Assembly (NCBI GenBank): GCA_964393795.1
Contig: CAYMWA010000002.1
Span: forward strand, 15,604 to 79,603
Length of the DNA: 64,000 nucleotides
Origin: an uncultured Roseivirgaceae bacterium
GTDB lineage: Bacteria; Bacteroidota; Bacteroidia; Cytophagales; Cyclobacteriaceae
Direction: 5' to 3'
Shown: piece after piece, positions 9,656-18,087 of the stretch
Layout of the letters: the number at the start of each line of letters is the position of its first letter
How positions within the stretch are numbered: the first letter of the stretch is position 1
Notes under the pieces: model-generated
The model's database searches: none
Seen by the model: the letters and a program-made list of their open reading frames with translations, nothing else
Told to the model about the DNA's origin: nothing
Program-made: the position numbers and the translations under genes

Positions 9656-11440
9656 ATGGCGAAGCGGAACAAAGAGAACACAAAAGAAGAAGAGAAGCGA
9701 AAGCTGACAAAATCGAACCTGCGCAGGCTGATTGGAATTTTCCGCTTCATGTTACCCTACAAATGGGTGTTCACGGTTGGGCTTGTGGCACTGGCCCTCT
9801 CAAGTCTGATTCTGCTGGCGTTCCCGCGACTGGCAGGTGAACTGCTCGACGTGGCAGCTGGCAAGCCTCACTTCTTTACGTCTCTCGACCATGTAGCCAT
9901 TGCGTTGCTGCTTATCCTTTTCGTGCAGAGTATTTTCTCCTTTATCAGGGTGTACACCTTTTCGATCGTCAGCGAAAAAGGAATGGCCGCCGTGCGCGAG
10001 GCGGTTTACCGGAAGGTGGTGTGGCTTCCAATGACGTTTTTCGACAACCATCGCGTTGGAGAAGTGATGAGCAGGCTCACTGCAGACACCAGCACATTGC
10101 AAGACACCTTCAGTTTCGTGCTCGCTGAAATGTTGAGGCAGGTCCTGACCCTGATCTTTGGCATCGCGATCATTTTCTACCTCGCCCCTACCCTTACCGC
10201 TTTCATGCTCATTGTTATTCCGGTGCTTGTGATCACAGCGCTCGTGTTTGGGAAATACATCAGAAAGTTGTCACGGAAGACGCAGGACAAACTGGCCGCG
10301 GCCAACATCGTGGTAGAAGAGTCGCTTCATTCAATCGCAATGGTGAAGGCCTTCACTAACGAGCGCTTCGAACTGGCCCGCTATACACGTGCCATCAACA
10401 ACGTAGTGGAGGTGGCCATTCAGTCGTCGCGCTATCGCGGCTTCTTTATTTCATTTGTGATCTTTGCATTGTTCGGCGGCATTGTCGCGGTGGGCTGGTA
10501 CGGCGCAAGTTTGGTGCAGTCAGATACGCTGACGGTTGGCGAGCTGTTCTCGTTTATCTTTTACACTTCGTTTATCGGGTTTTCGATTGCCGGACTTGGC
10601 GACATTTACACCCAGGTGCAACGCTCGGTGGGTGCCTCGGAACGCATCCTTGAATTGCTCGAACTTCCGGATGAGTCCACTCATGATGCCACGCCGGTTG
10701 AGGTACACGGCGACATCACCTATACCCACGTCACATTTGCCTATCCTTCGCGGAAGGATTATCTGGTGTTGAAGGATTTGAACTTCCACATCCGCGCAGG
10801 CGAAAAGGTGGCGCTCGTGGGGAAGAGCGGGTCAGGGAAGTCAACCATTATTAACCTGCTGTTGCGCCTTTACCAGGTCGACCAGGGAGCGATCCATGTT
10901 GATGATCTTCCGATTGATAGCTTTAACCTGACGGCTTATCGCGCCAATCTGGGCGTCGTGCCTCAGGAGGTGGTGTTGTTTGGCGGCACCATCGCGGAGA
11001 ACATCGCCTACGGGAAAGCGGGCGCCACGTTGGCCGAAATTAAGGCCGCCGCACACCAGGCCAATGCCCTTGAATTTATTGAACGGTTCCCGGAGTCGTT
11101 TGATACAATTGTGGGTGACCGCGGGGTCAAACTCTCCGGGGGACAGCGGCAGCGGATTGCGATCGCGCGCGCCATTCTAAAGGATCCGGCCATTCTTATC
11201 CTTGATGAAGCGACCAGTTCGCTGGATGCGGAATCGGAGGTGCTTGTTCAGGAGGCACTCGAAAAGCTGATGGAGGGCAGGACAAGCATAATTATTGCGC
11301 ACCGGCTGAGTACGATCAAGAAGGCAGACCGTATATTTGTTATTCACGAAGGGCGACTTGCGGAAATGGGCTCACATGAAGAACTTTCCGTACTCGACAA
11401 CGGTATTTATAACAACCTGGTACAACTACAACTTCGATGA
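9656..11440 (+). CDS. ABC exporter, fused TMD+NBD (MsbA/MDR-like)
   Basis: Six TM segments, GKSGSGKST, LSGGQRQR, ILDEATSSLD and IAHRLST. Confidence 0.93.
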   Translation: MAKRNKENTKEEEKRKLTKSNLRRLIGIFRFMLPYKWVFTVGLVALALSSLILLAFPRLAGELLDVAAGKPHFFTSLDHVAIALLLILFVQSIFSFIRVYTFSIVSEKGMAAVREAVYRKVVWLPMTFFDNHRVGEVMSRLTADTSTLQDTFSFVLAEMLRQVLTLIFGIAIIFYLAPTLTAFMLIVIPVLVITALVFGKYIRKLSRKTQDKLAAANIVVEESLHSIAMVKAFTNERFELARYTRAINNVVEVAIQSSRYRGFFISFVIFALFGGIVAVGWYGASLVQSDTLTVGELFSFIFYTSFIGFSIAGLGDIYTQVQRSVGASERILELLELPDESTHDATPVEVHGDITYTHVTFAYPSRKDYLVLKDLNFHIRAGEKVALVGKSGSGKSTIINLLLRLYQVDQGAIHVDDLPIDSFNLTAYRANLGVVPQEVVLFGGTIAENIAYGKAGATLAEIKAAAHQANALEFIERFPESFDTIVGDRGVKLSGGQRQRIAIARAILKDPAILILDEATSSLDAESEVLVQEALEKLMEGRTSIIIAHRLSTIKKADRIFVIHEGRLAEMGSHEELSVLDNGIYNNLVQLQLR

Positions 11441-11853
11441 ATGCGGTTTCAAACCGATTGCTAAAAAGTTTCAGGCTGCGCTCGACGCCGACCCGCCAGG
11501 AGATACTACACCTCTTCCTGAAGACTCCCTATGCGCTATCTCATGGCGACATCGAAAACGAGATTGATGACGCGACAGACCGCGTAACGGTTTATCGCAC
11601 GCTTAAAACGTTTGCAGATCGCGGTCTGATCCACAAGGTGCTCGACGATAGCGGAGGTCTCAAATATGCGCTCTGCAGCGAGGCATGCTCGATCACCGAG
11701 CACCGTCATGACCACGTCCATTTCAAGTGTACGAGCTGCGGGCAAACCAACTGTCTCGATGTCGAGATTCCCCATATCAAATTGCCTAAGGGCTATTCGT
11801 CAAAGGAGGCGAACCTTCTCATCCAGGGCATCTGCGAGCATTGCTCGGTTTAA
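11437..11853 (+). CDS. Fur-family metalloregulator (Zur-like)
   Basis: RVTVYRTL HTH, HRHDHVHFKCTSCG, and two CxxC motifs. ATGA overlap with the upstream gene. Confidence 0.9.
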   Translation: MNAVSNRLLKSFRLRSTPTRQEILHLFLKTPYALSHGDIENEIDDATDRVTVYRTLKTFADRGLIHKVLDDSGGLKYALCSEACSITEHRHDHVHFKCTSCGQTNCLDVEIPHIKLPKGYSSKEANLLIQGICEHCSV

Positions 11854-11957
11854 CACATTTCTCTGCTTTGTTGAAATAAGATCAATATTTTGAAAAATGA
11901 GGCTTCCCGGGATTCAAATATATTTGTAGTTTTGAAATTGAGCGAAGTCTAAAAACC

Positions 11958-11965
11958 TATTTTTG
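11958..11965 (+). promoter_or_regulatory. Candidate -7 promoter box for terC
   Basis: TATTTTTG about 40 nt upstream of the ORF start. Confidence 0.5.
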
Positions 11966-12006
11966 CCGACTACCGTCTTCTCAAACCGAACACCCATTAG
12001 CAAGTA

Positions 12007-12996
12007 GTGTACTGCATACTGACATTTTCGCTCTTTAAAAACCTTCCGGAAGAGGAGACGATACTATTCGGAATATTTGCAGCAATTATTGTCCTTTTCC
12101 TCGTGCTCGATCTCGGCCTGTTCCACAAACGGGCGCACAAGATCAGCACCCGATCGGCGTTGTTTCAGTCCATCTTCTGGGTCGTTATCTCGACGCTTTT
12201 CGGCGTGTTCATCCTGTTGTACGATGAGAGTGGGACCGAAGGGGCGGTGCAGTACTTCTCCGCCTATCTGACGGAATACGCACTGTCGGTCGACAACATT
12301 TTCGTTATCCTTCTTATCCTCAAATACTTCAAGGTAGATGAGAAGTATTACCACAAGGTGCTCTTCTGGGGAATACTCGGGGCCATTGTGTTCAGGGGTG
12401 TCTTCATATTTGTCGGGACATTCCTGATTGAGCGTTTCCACTGGATCCTCTACGTGTTTGGCGTATTTCTCGTTTATTCCGGTATCCGCATTTACTTTGA
12501 GGACGGGGACGAGAAAATCGATCCGGAAAAGAATCCGATCCTCCGGTTTTGCCGGAAATATCTGCCCATGGGAAACCAGGACGATCACGGCAGCTTTCTC
12601 GTCCATCAGGACGGGAAGTACCTGTTTACACCGCTTTTCCTGGTGATTGTGCTGATCGAGACCACTGACTTGATCTTTGCGGTGGACTCCATTCCGGCCG
12701 CTTTCGCGATTACGCAGAATCCGTTTCTGATTTACACTTCCAACATCTTCGCCGTGATGGGTCTGCGAGCGATGTTCTTCTTGCTTGCGGGAATTATTGA
12801 CAAATTTTACCTGCTACAAAAGGGGCTGTCGGTGATCCTGTTCTTCATCGGAGCAAAAATGCTGCTCGACATTTGGGATATTGAAGTCAACGTCTACCTG
12901 TCATTTACCGTCATTATCGTTACCCTGACGCTGTCCATTGTTTTCTCGGTGCTCGTTCCGCGAAAGGAGCAGGAGCCGGAAAAAGAAGAAGTCTAG
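12007..12996 (+). CDS. TerC/Alx-family membrane protein (metal homeostasis)
   Basis: YLTEYALSVDNIFV, ETTDLIFAVDSIPA and IYTSNIFAVMGLRAMFF motifs. Start uncertain. Confidence 0.93.
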   Translation: MYCILTFSLFKNLPEEETILFGIFAAIIVLFLVLDLGLFHKRAHKISTRSALFQSIFWVVISTLFGVFILLYDESGTEGAVQYFSAYLTEYALSVDNIFVILLILKYFKVDEKYYHKVLFWGILGAIVFRGVFIFVGTFLIERFHWILYVFGVFLVYSGIRIYFEDGDEKIDPEKNPILRFCRKYLPMGNQDDHGSFLVHQDGKYLFTPLFLVIVLIETTDLIFAVDSIPAAFAITQNPFLIYTSNIFAVMGLRAMFFLLAGIIDKFYLLQKGLSVILFFIGAKMLLDIWDIEVNVYLSFTVIIVTLTLSIVFSVLVPRKEQEPEKEEV

Positions 12997-13012
12997 GAAG
13001 AAGTCTAGGAAG
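12985..13012. repeat. 12-bp tandem duplication at the terC / LETM1-like convergent junction
   Basis: GAAGAAGTCTAG at 12985-12996 and at 12997-13008, followed by GAAG. Confidence 0.9.
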
Positions 13013-14276
13013 GAATCCCTTCGCTGAACAAACTCTTGGGCAGGATGCGAAGCAACACCGGCAGCGTAAGGAATTTACGTGGCAGCGAGATGATCCCAAA
13101 AGTGGGTATCGACTTCAGAATCTCCACCAGCCCCTGCCGCATCAGTTCTTTTTCATCACTGCTGAGTTCTGTAGCACGTGATTTTCTCAGGAGCGCAATG
13201 ATTTCGCCGCGCTCACCAAGTTCTTTCAAAAGCCGGCTCTTGTTCTTCTCGGCGATTCTGGCGACCCTGCTGATGAACTGTTCGCTCACCTGTCGGTAAT
13301 CCTGATTGTTTTGCAGGTAGGCAAGCTGTTCCCAATTCTCCAGCACAAAACCTTCGATGGCAATGAGGCTGTTCTCCAGGTCCTCTTCGTTGAAGCTCAG
13401 GTGCAGGGCGAAGTTTCTGAGGAAGTCCATTTCGAGCTCTTCCACTTTCTTGTCTGCCCAAATGGTCAGTATGGCGATCTCCAGGAAGAACTTCTTCAGT
13501 ATCCACGAATTGTCCGAAGGAAGCGTGATCTCGTGGAGCTCGATGCCGTTCTCGAAAATGCGCACGGCTTCTTTCCTTTTCTCGGAGGCGAGGTCAGCGC
13601 TGTGAAGAAAGAAGTCAAGCAGCTTCTTTTCTTCGAACTCCACTTCTTTGTTCGCATGTGACGCGGCGGCAATCACCTTGACAACCGAGAAGCGCAATTC
13701 ATCCCGCTCATAGCGGAAAAAATCGGCGACGATGCGGTCGGCATTGGTGTGGATCCATTGACCGAAGATGAACACATCGAGAAACAACAGGCTGTTGTGG
13801 AAAAAGTAAGTCCAGAAGTTGCCCTCGAAGTCGCTTGTGCGGTCAATCCGCTTATCGAGGATGCGCTCGGCCAGTTCAACCGGGGACTTATGCTTTCCAA
13901 AAAACGTCTTTGGCGAGGTGGCAAACTCCGGGAAGATGTTATTATAGAAAGTGGCGATGCTGTCGAGTGTTTTGTCGATGGCAGCGCCGACATCGACCGG
14001 CGTACCATTCTGTTGCTCGTAAAAGAGAAGTGAACTGCTGATCAGACTTTCTGCGAGCAGTACTTTCATTTTCTCTTTGGTATTCCAGCCTTCCTGTTCA
14101 GGATGGGCGGCAACGCCGACAGACTGCCCGTACATCAGCCCGGAAGGTTGAATGATGCGGTACAGCGAGTGCTCCGGATGGGATTGCTTTCGGGCTCCCT
14201 CGGTGGTGACTTCCCGCAGTCCCTCCAAGCGGAAGTCGATATACTCCTTAAGCCAGCCTTTTTCGCTCGGATTCAT
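13005..14276 (-). CDS. LETM1-related/TerB-like domain protein
   Basis: The N-terminus MNPSEKGWL and C-terminus LPRKFLTLPVLLRILPKSLF resemble Bacteroidota 'LETM1-related biofilm-associated protein' (from recall). The central segment AASHANKEVEFEEKKLL...IWADKKVEELE is TerB-like. Confidence 0.6.
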   Translation of the reverse strand: MNPSEKGWLKEYIDFRLEGLREVTTEGARKQSHPEHSLYRIIQPSGLMYGQSVGVAAHPEQEGWNTKEKMKVLLAESLISSSLLFYEQQNGTPVDVGAAIDKTLDSIATFYNNIFPEFATSPKTFFGKHKSPVELAERILDKRIDRTSDFEGNFWTYFFHNSLLFLDVFIFGQWIHTNADRIVADFFRYERDELRFSVVKVIAAASHANKEVEFEEKKLLDFFLHSADLASEKRKEAVRIFENGIELHEITLPSDNSWILKKFFLEIAILTIWADKKVEELEMDFLRNFALHLSFNEEDLENSLIAIEGFVLENWEQLAYLQNNQDYRQVSEQFISRVARIAEKNKSRLLKELGERGEIIALLRKSRATELSSDEKELMRQGLVEILKSIPTFGIISLPRKFLTLPVLLRILPKSLFSEGIPS

Positions 14277-14410
14277 TTTAAATTTTCGGATCAGAGATTG
14301 TCGCGAATAAACATTCGTGATTTTGCCCCGGTGGGCCGGGATAAACGCATCCCGTCGTAAGGGTTTTTGGAGGTATTAAATTTAGAAATTAAAAACCACA
14401 CCTGAAACTC

Positions 14411-14926
14411 CTACTTCAAAGATCCCTTCCAGCCTTTGGCGTCGAGATTTTTTGCCGAGGATTCGATCTTTTCAGCCAGTGATGCTTTGAACTGGTCGAG
14501 TCGTTTACCTAATGCCTGGTCGGATGCGCCGATGATTTGGGCAGCCAAAATGCCGGCGTTCCGCGCGCCGTTCAGCGCAACGGTGGCTACTGGCACACCG
14601 GAGGGCATCTGCAAGATGGAGAGCACCGAATCCCAGCCGTCTATGGAGTTTGATGATTTTACGGGAACGCCAATGACCGGCAGTGAGGTGAGGGAAGCCA
14701 CCATACCCGGCAGATGTGCAGCCCCGCCGGCGCCGGCGATAATGGTGCGCAGTCCGCGCTCGCGCGCTGAAGACGCGTACTCCACCATGCGCAGCGGCGT
14801 GCGATGTGCCGATACCACGGTCAATTCAAATGGAACGTTCAGTTCTTCAAGCATTTCGGCCGCCTCTTTCATGACTTTCAAATCGCTTTCGCTTCCCATG
14901 ATGATCCCTACCATCGGTTTTTTCAT
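14411..14926 (-). CDS. purE: N5-CAIR mutase
   Basis: IMGSESD, VSAHRTP, AGAGGAAHLPGM and QMPSGVPVATV motifs. Confidence 0.98.
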   Translation of the reverse strand: MKKPMVGIIMGSESDLKVMKEAAEMLEELNVPFELTVVSAHRTPLRMVEYASSARERGLRTIIAGAGGAAHLPGMVASLTSLPVIGVPVKSSNSIDGWDSVLSILQMPSGVPVATVALNGARNAGILAAQIIGASDQALGKRLDQFKASLAEKIESSAKNLDAKGWKGSLK

Positions 14927-14968
14927 ATTCCAATTTTTGATGAACCTCTTGCACCGGCTCCGCCGGTA

Positions 14969-16105
14969 TCAGGCAACGACTTTCAGCGCTTGCCTGACGT
15001 GTTCGGCCCTGGATCTCAGGAGGGCCACATCGTTTTCGACGATCGTTACGTGCCCCATCTTCCGAAAGGGCTTCGTCATCTTTTTGCCGTATAAATGTAC
15101 GTAAACCCCGGGGGTTCTCAGCACCTCTTCAAGCCCCTGATAGCGGGCCGGCCCAGAATGGCCAGGCGCGCCGAGCAGGTTGACCATTGCACTGGCGTGA
15201 AGGGTGGCGGTATCCCCGAGAGGGAGATCGAGTATCGACCGCAAATGTTGCCCGTACTGTGAAGTAACATTGGCCTCTATGGTGTGATGGCCGCTGTTGT
15301 GCGGGCGCGGGGCTACTTCGTTCACGAGAATCGCTCCCTCTTTTGTGACGAACATCTCAACGGCCAGAAGGCCTGTCATGCCAAGGGTCGCGATGATCTT
15401 GCGGGCAATGGCGTCGGCATCGCGGGCCACCGCTTCGGAAAGGTCAGCAGGAGCGAAGAGATACTCGACCAGGTTGTGCTCAGGATGAAAGACCATTTCG
15501 ACCGCGGGGAAGGTCTTGATTTCACCGCTGGCGTTACGAGCGACGATAACAGCAATTTCTTTTTCGAAGTCGACGAGTTTTTCGATCAGGCCTGGAGCGT
15601 CAAACGCTTTATCCATATCCTCACGGGTGCGCATCAACTGCACACCGCGGCCGTCATAGCCCTCGCGGCCGAGCTTGTTCACGAATGGGAGAAAGTTGTG
15701 ACGCTGTTGCACATCGGCCGCATTTTCAGTGAGATAAAACTGTGCAGTAGGTATCCCGTTGTCACGATAAAAGCATTTCTGCCTGCGTTTGTCCTGAATC
15801 AGTTCGATGATGTGCGGTTCGGGAAAGACCTTTTTTCCCTGTGCGGCAAGGTCCTTCAAAGCCTGTGTGTTGACATTTTCAATTTCGATCGTCAGCACAT
15901 CGCAATGAGCGCCAAAGGCCATCACCGTATCATAGTCGGTGAGTTTCCCGCACGTAAATTCGGCTATGCCCGAGCAGGGTGCCTCGGGGTCCGGGTCCAG
16001 GACGGCGAAAGGAATGTTGAGATCAATGCCGGATTGAATGAGCATCCGGCCGAGCTGTCCGCCGCCAAGAATGCCAAGTTTAAAATCGAGTTGAAACGAA
16101 GACAC
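14969..16105 (-). CDS. purK: N5-CAIR synthetase
   Basis: GILGGGQLGRM, GYDGRG, NEVAPRPHNSGH and RKMGH motifs. Confidence 0.97.
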   Translation of the reverse strand: MSSFQLDFKLGILGGGQLGRMLIQSGIDLNIPFAVLDPDPEAPCSGIAEFTCGKLTDYDTVMAFGAHCDVLTIEIENVNTQALKDLAAQGKKVFPEPHIIELIQDKRRQKCFYRDNGIPTAQFYLTENAADVQQRHNFLPFVNKLGREGYDGRGVQLMRTREDMDKAFDAPGLIEKLVDFEKEIAVIVARNASGEIKTFPAVEMVFHPEHNLVEYLFAPADLSEAVARDADAIARKIIATLGMTGLLAVEMFVTKEGAILVNEVAPRPHNSGHHTIEANVTSQYGQHLRSILDLPLGDTATLHASAMVNLLGAPGHSGPARYQGLEEVLRTPGVYVHLYGKKMTKPFRKMGHVTIVENDVALLRSRAEHVRQALKVVA

Positions 16106-16137
16106 CGGGTTTGGTTTTGGTACGAATCACGGAAAAA

Positions 16138-18060
16138 TTATTGATCCGTGAAATTCTCCACGATTACATCGGTTATTTTGTCGCCTACCTCCAGGTAGTC
16201 GATCACCGCCTGCCCCTCCACCACATCGCCAAACAGCGTATACCGTCCTTCGAGATGTGGTGTTGGTGAATGGGTAATAAACCACTGCGTCCCTTCGGTG
16301 TCCTTCCCGGCGGAAGCCATGCCGACGCTTCCCGTCACGAAGGGCAGCGGCGAGAATTCAGAGCGGATCGAATAATCTTCGCTACCCCAGCCATCGCCGC
16401 GCTTGCAACCGTCCTGTATTACAAAGTTGGGCACGACCCTGTGAATGCTGAGGCCGTCGAAATAGTGGCGCTGTGCGAGGGTAACAAAATTGGCTACTGA
16501 TCCCGGGGCTGTTTCGACATGCAACTTCAACCGAATGTTTCCACGACGGGTACGGATGACAGCGTGTTGGTCTTCCGGAATTTGCTTGACCAGTGCCCAG
16601 TCGATTGGATGGTTAAATGCATTCTCCACGGGTGTCGGTTCCCTGCCTTCAATGCGTGCGAGCGCGGCCTCTATCGACTGCAGCGCTTCATTGTGCTCCG
16701 GCAGTTGAAGTTTTTTCTTTGCGGCACGCAATGCCGAAGGGTCGTTGATGCGTTGGTCGTAGCCAAGCGTCGAGTCTCCCAACGCCGAGGCTATTGTGCC
16801 CAGCACGGCAGGGTCTTCGGATTCCATCAGCAGACGCTGGTACACGTCACTGAACGGCGCATAGAGTGATTGCGGAAAACGCGGTGACTTGTTCATGGCG
16901 ACGAGGGTCGCTGCTGCTGTCGAGCGCACCACCGGTGCGGCGGCGGTTTGCAATGCATCCACAACAAAGAGATAGCTTGGCGGGTAATCCTGGAGGCTGC
17001 CTAGCAGCGCAGCGCGGGCCCACGGATTTTGGCTTTTTTGAAACGCTTCGCGGATTTCCGCTGCGAGATCTGCGTTCTGACCCGCCTTGAGTGCCGCCCG
17101 GTAAAGGTTGCCTTTGATCCGCCAGTGGTCGACCCGGTTGGTTAATGAAGAGACTTCTATCCAATTGTCAGAAGGGACGACCTCAACGATCACTTCGGAG
17201 GCGGCCACACCGACGTGCACATCCTTGTGTTGCAGGGCTTCGTACAGATAGTGTTTCATCTGCGCAAAGGGGAATGCGCGCAGGGCGCGGATGGCATTGA
17301 TCACGACCCTGTGGTCGGGGTCATTCTTGATGATCTCCTTGAGCGCTTGCAATGAGGAGTCGGAAACTATTTTGCCCAGTGCGAGGGCGGCAGCCATCCG
17401 CACCTCCGGCGAAGGGTCAGCTGAGGCCGATCGCTGAATAGCAGTTTCGTGTTTTTCGAACTCGCGGGCGCCCCGGGCAAAGTAATGGGCGGCGCCGAGA
17501 CGTGCCCGTTCCGGTTGGCGCCGGTCGAGCAGGCGGGCGGCTACCTCATTTGCCGCAGCGTCCGTTTTGCCGCGGAGGCCCGCGCGGTATAATGACCAGG
17601 CAATACCTGATATCCTCACGGAGTCTTCAAACATGCCGGGGTCGAGCTGCCACCGTTTGGTTGTCTTGCCGTACGACTGGAGTATCTGAAACGCGACGCC
17701 CGTGTCTTTCTCTTTTACCAATGCGCCGAGAAGGAGACGTTCGCATGCGGGGTGCATCGTTTGCCCCAGGGCGAAGGCTGCTGCCTTGCGTACTTCGGGG
17801 TCGGCATCCATGAGCAGCAGCCTCCCCAGTTTTTCGACCGGCTCAGGATCTTGCAGCGAGCCAAATGCACGGGCGGCATCGCGGCGGTACCGGGCATCAG
17901 GATGGTTGAAATACGGATAGAGGCTGTCGGCCATCCGGCGGTCCTGAAAATCGGCGATTTTTAGCAGTCCGGGGTCTGAAAACTTGTTCGGAGGGGCCTC
18001 CGGTGACTGACAACAAAAGAGCAGGGCCGCCAGGGCGGGCAGGTAATTGAGTCTTACCAT
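16138..18060 (-). CDS. Lipoprotein with HEAT repeats and a C-terminal cyclophilin-type PPIase
   Basis: Lipobox LFCC. HEAT-like repeats (DPEVRKAAAFALG, SPEVRMAAALALG). Cyclophilin motifs HRVVPNFVIQDG, GMASAGKDTEGTQWFITH and YTLFG. Confidence 0.88.
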   Translation of the reverse strand: MVRLNYLPALAALLFCCQSPEAPPNKFSDPGLLKIADFQDRRMADSLYPYFNHPDARYRRDAARAFGSLQDPEPVEKLGRLLLMDADPEVRKAAAFALGQTMHPACERLLLGALVKEKDTGVAFQILQSYGKTTKRWQLDPGMFEDSVRISGIAWSLYRAGLRGKTDAAANEVAARLLDRRQPERARLGAAHYFARGAREFEKHETAIQRSASADPSPEVRMAAALALGKIVSDSSLQALKEIIKNDPDHRVVINAIRALRAFPFAQMKHYLYEALQHKDVHVGVAASEVIVEVVPSDNWIEVSSLTNRVDHWRIKGNLYRAALKAGQNADLAAEIREAFQKSQNPWARAALLGSLQDYPPSYLFVVDALQTAAAPVVRSTAAATLVAMNKSPRFPQSLYAPFSDVYQRLLMESEDPAVLGTIASALGDSTLGYDQRINDPSALRAAKKKLQLPEHNEALQSIEAALARIEGREPTPVENAFNHPIDWALVKQIPEDQHAVIRTRRGNIRLKLHVETAPGSVANFVTLAQRHYFDGLSIHRVVPNFVIQDGCKRGDGWGSEDYSIRSEFSPLPFVTGSVGMASAGKDTEGTQWFITHSPTPHLEGRYTLFGDVVEGQAVIDYLEVGDKITDVIVENFTDQ

Positions 18061-18087
18061 TCAAAAGGGTATCTGTGAAACGGGTAT

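Noticed and set aside
11854-12006. yybP-ykoY riboswitch before terC
   Set aside because: The leader is short and AT-rich, with no recognisable aptamer stems.
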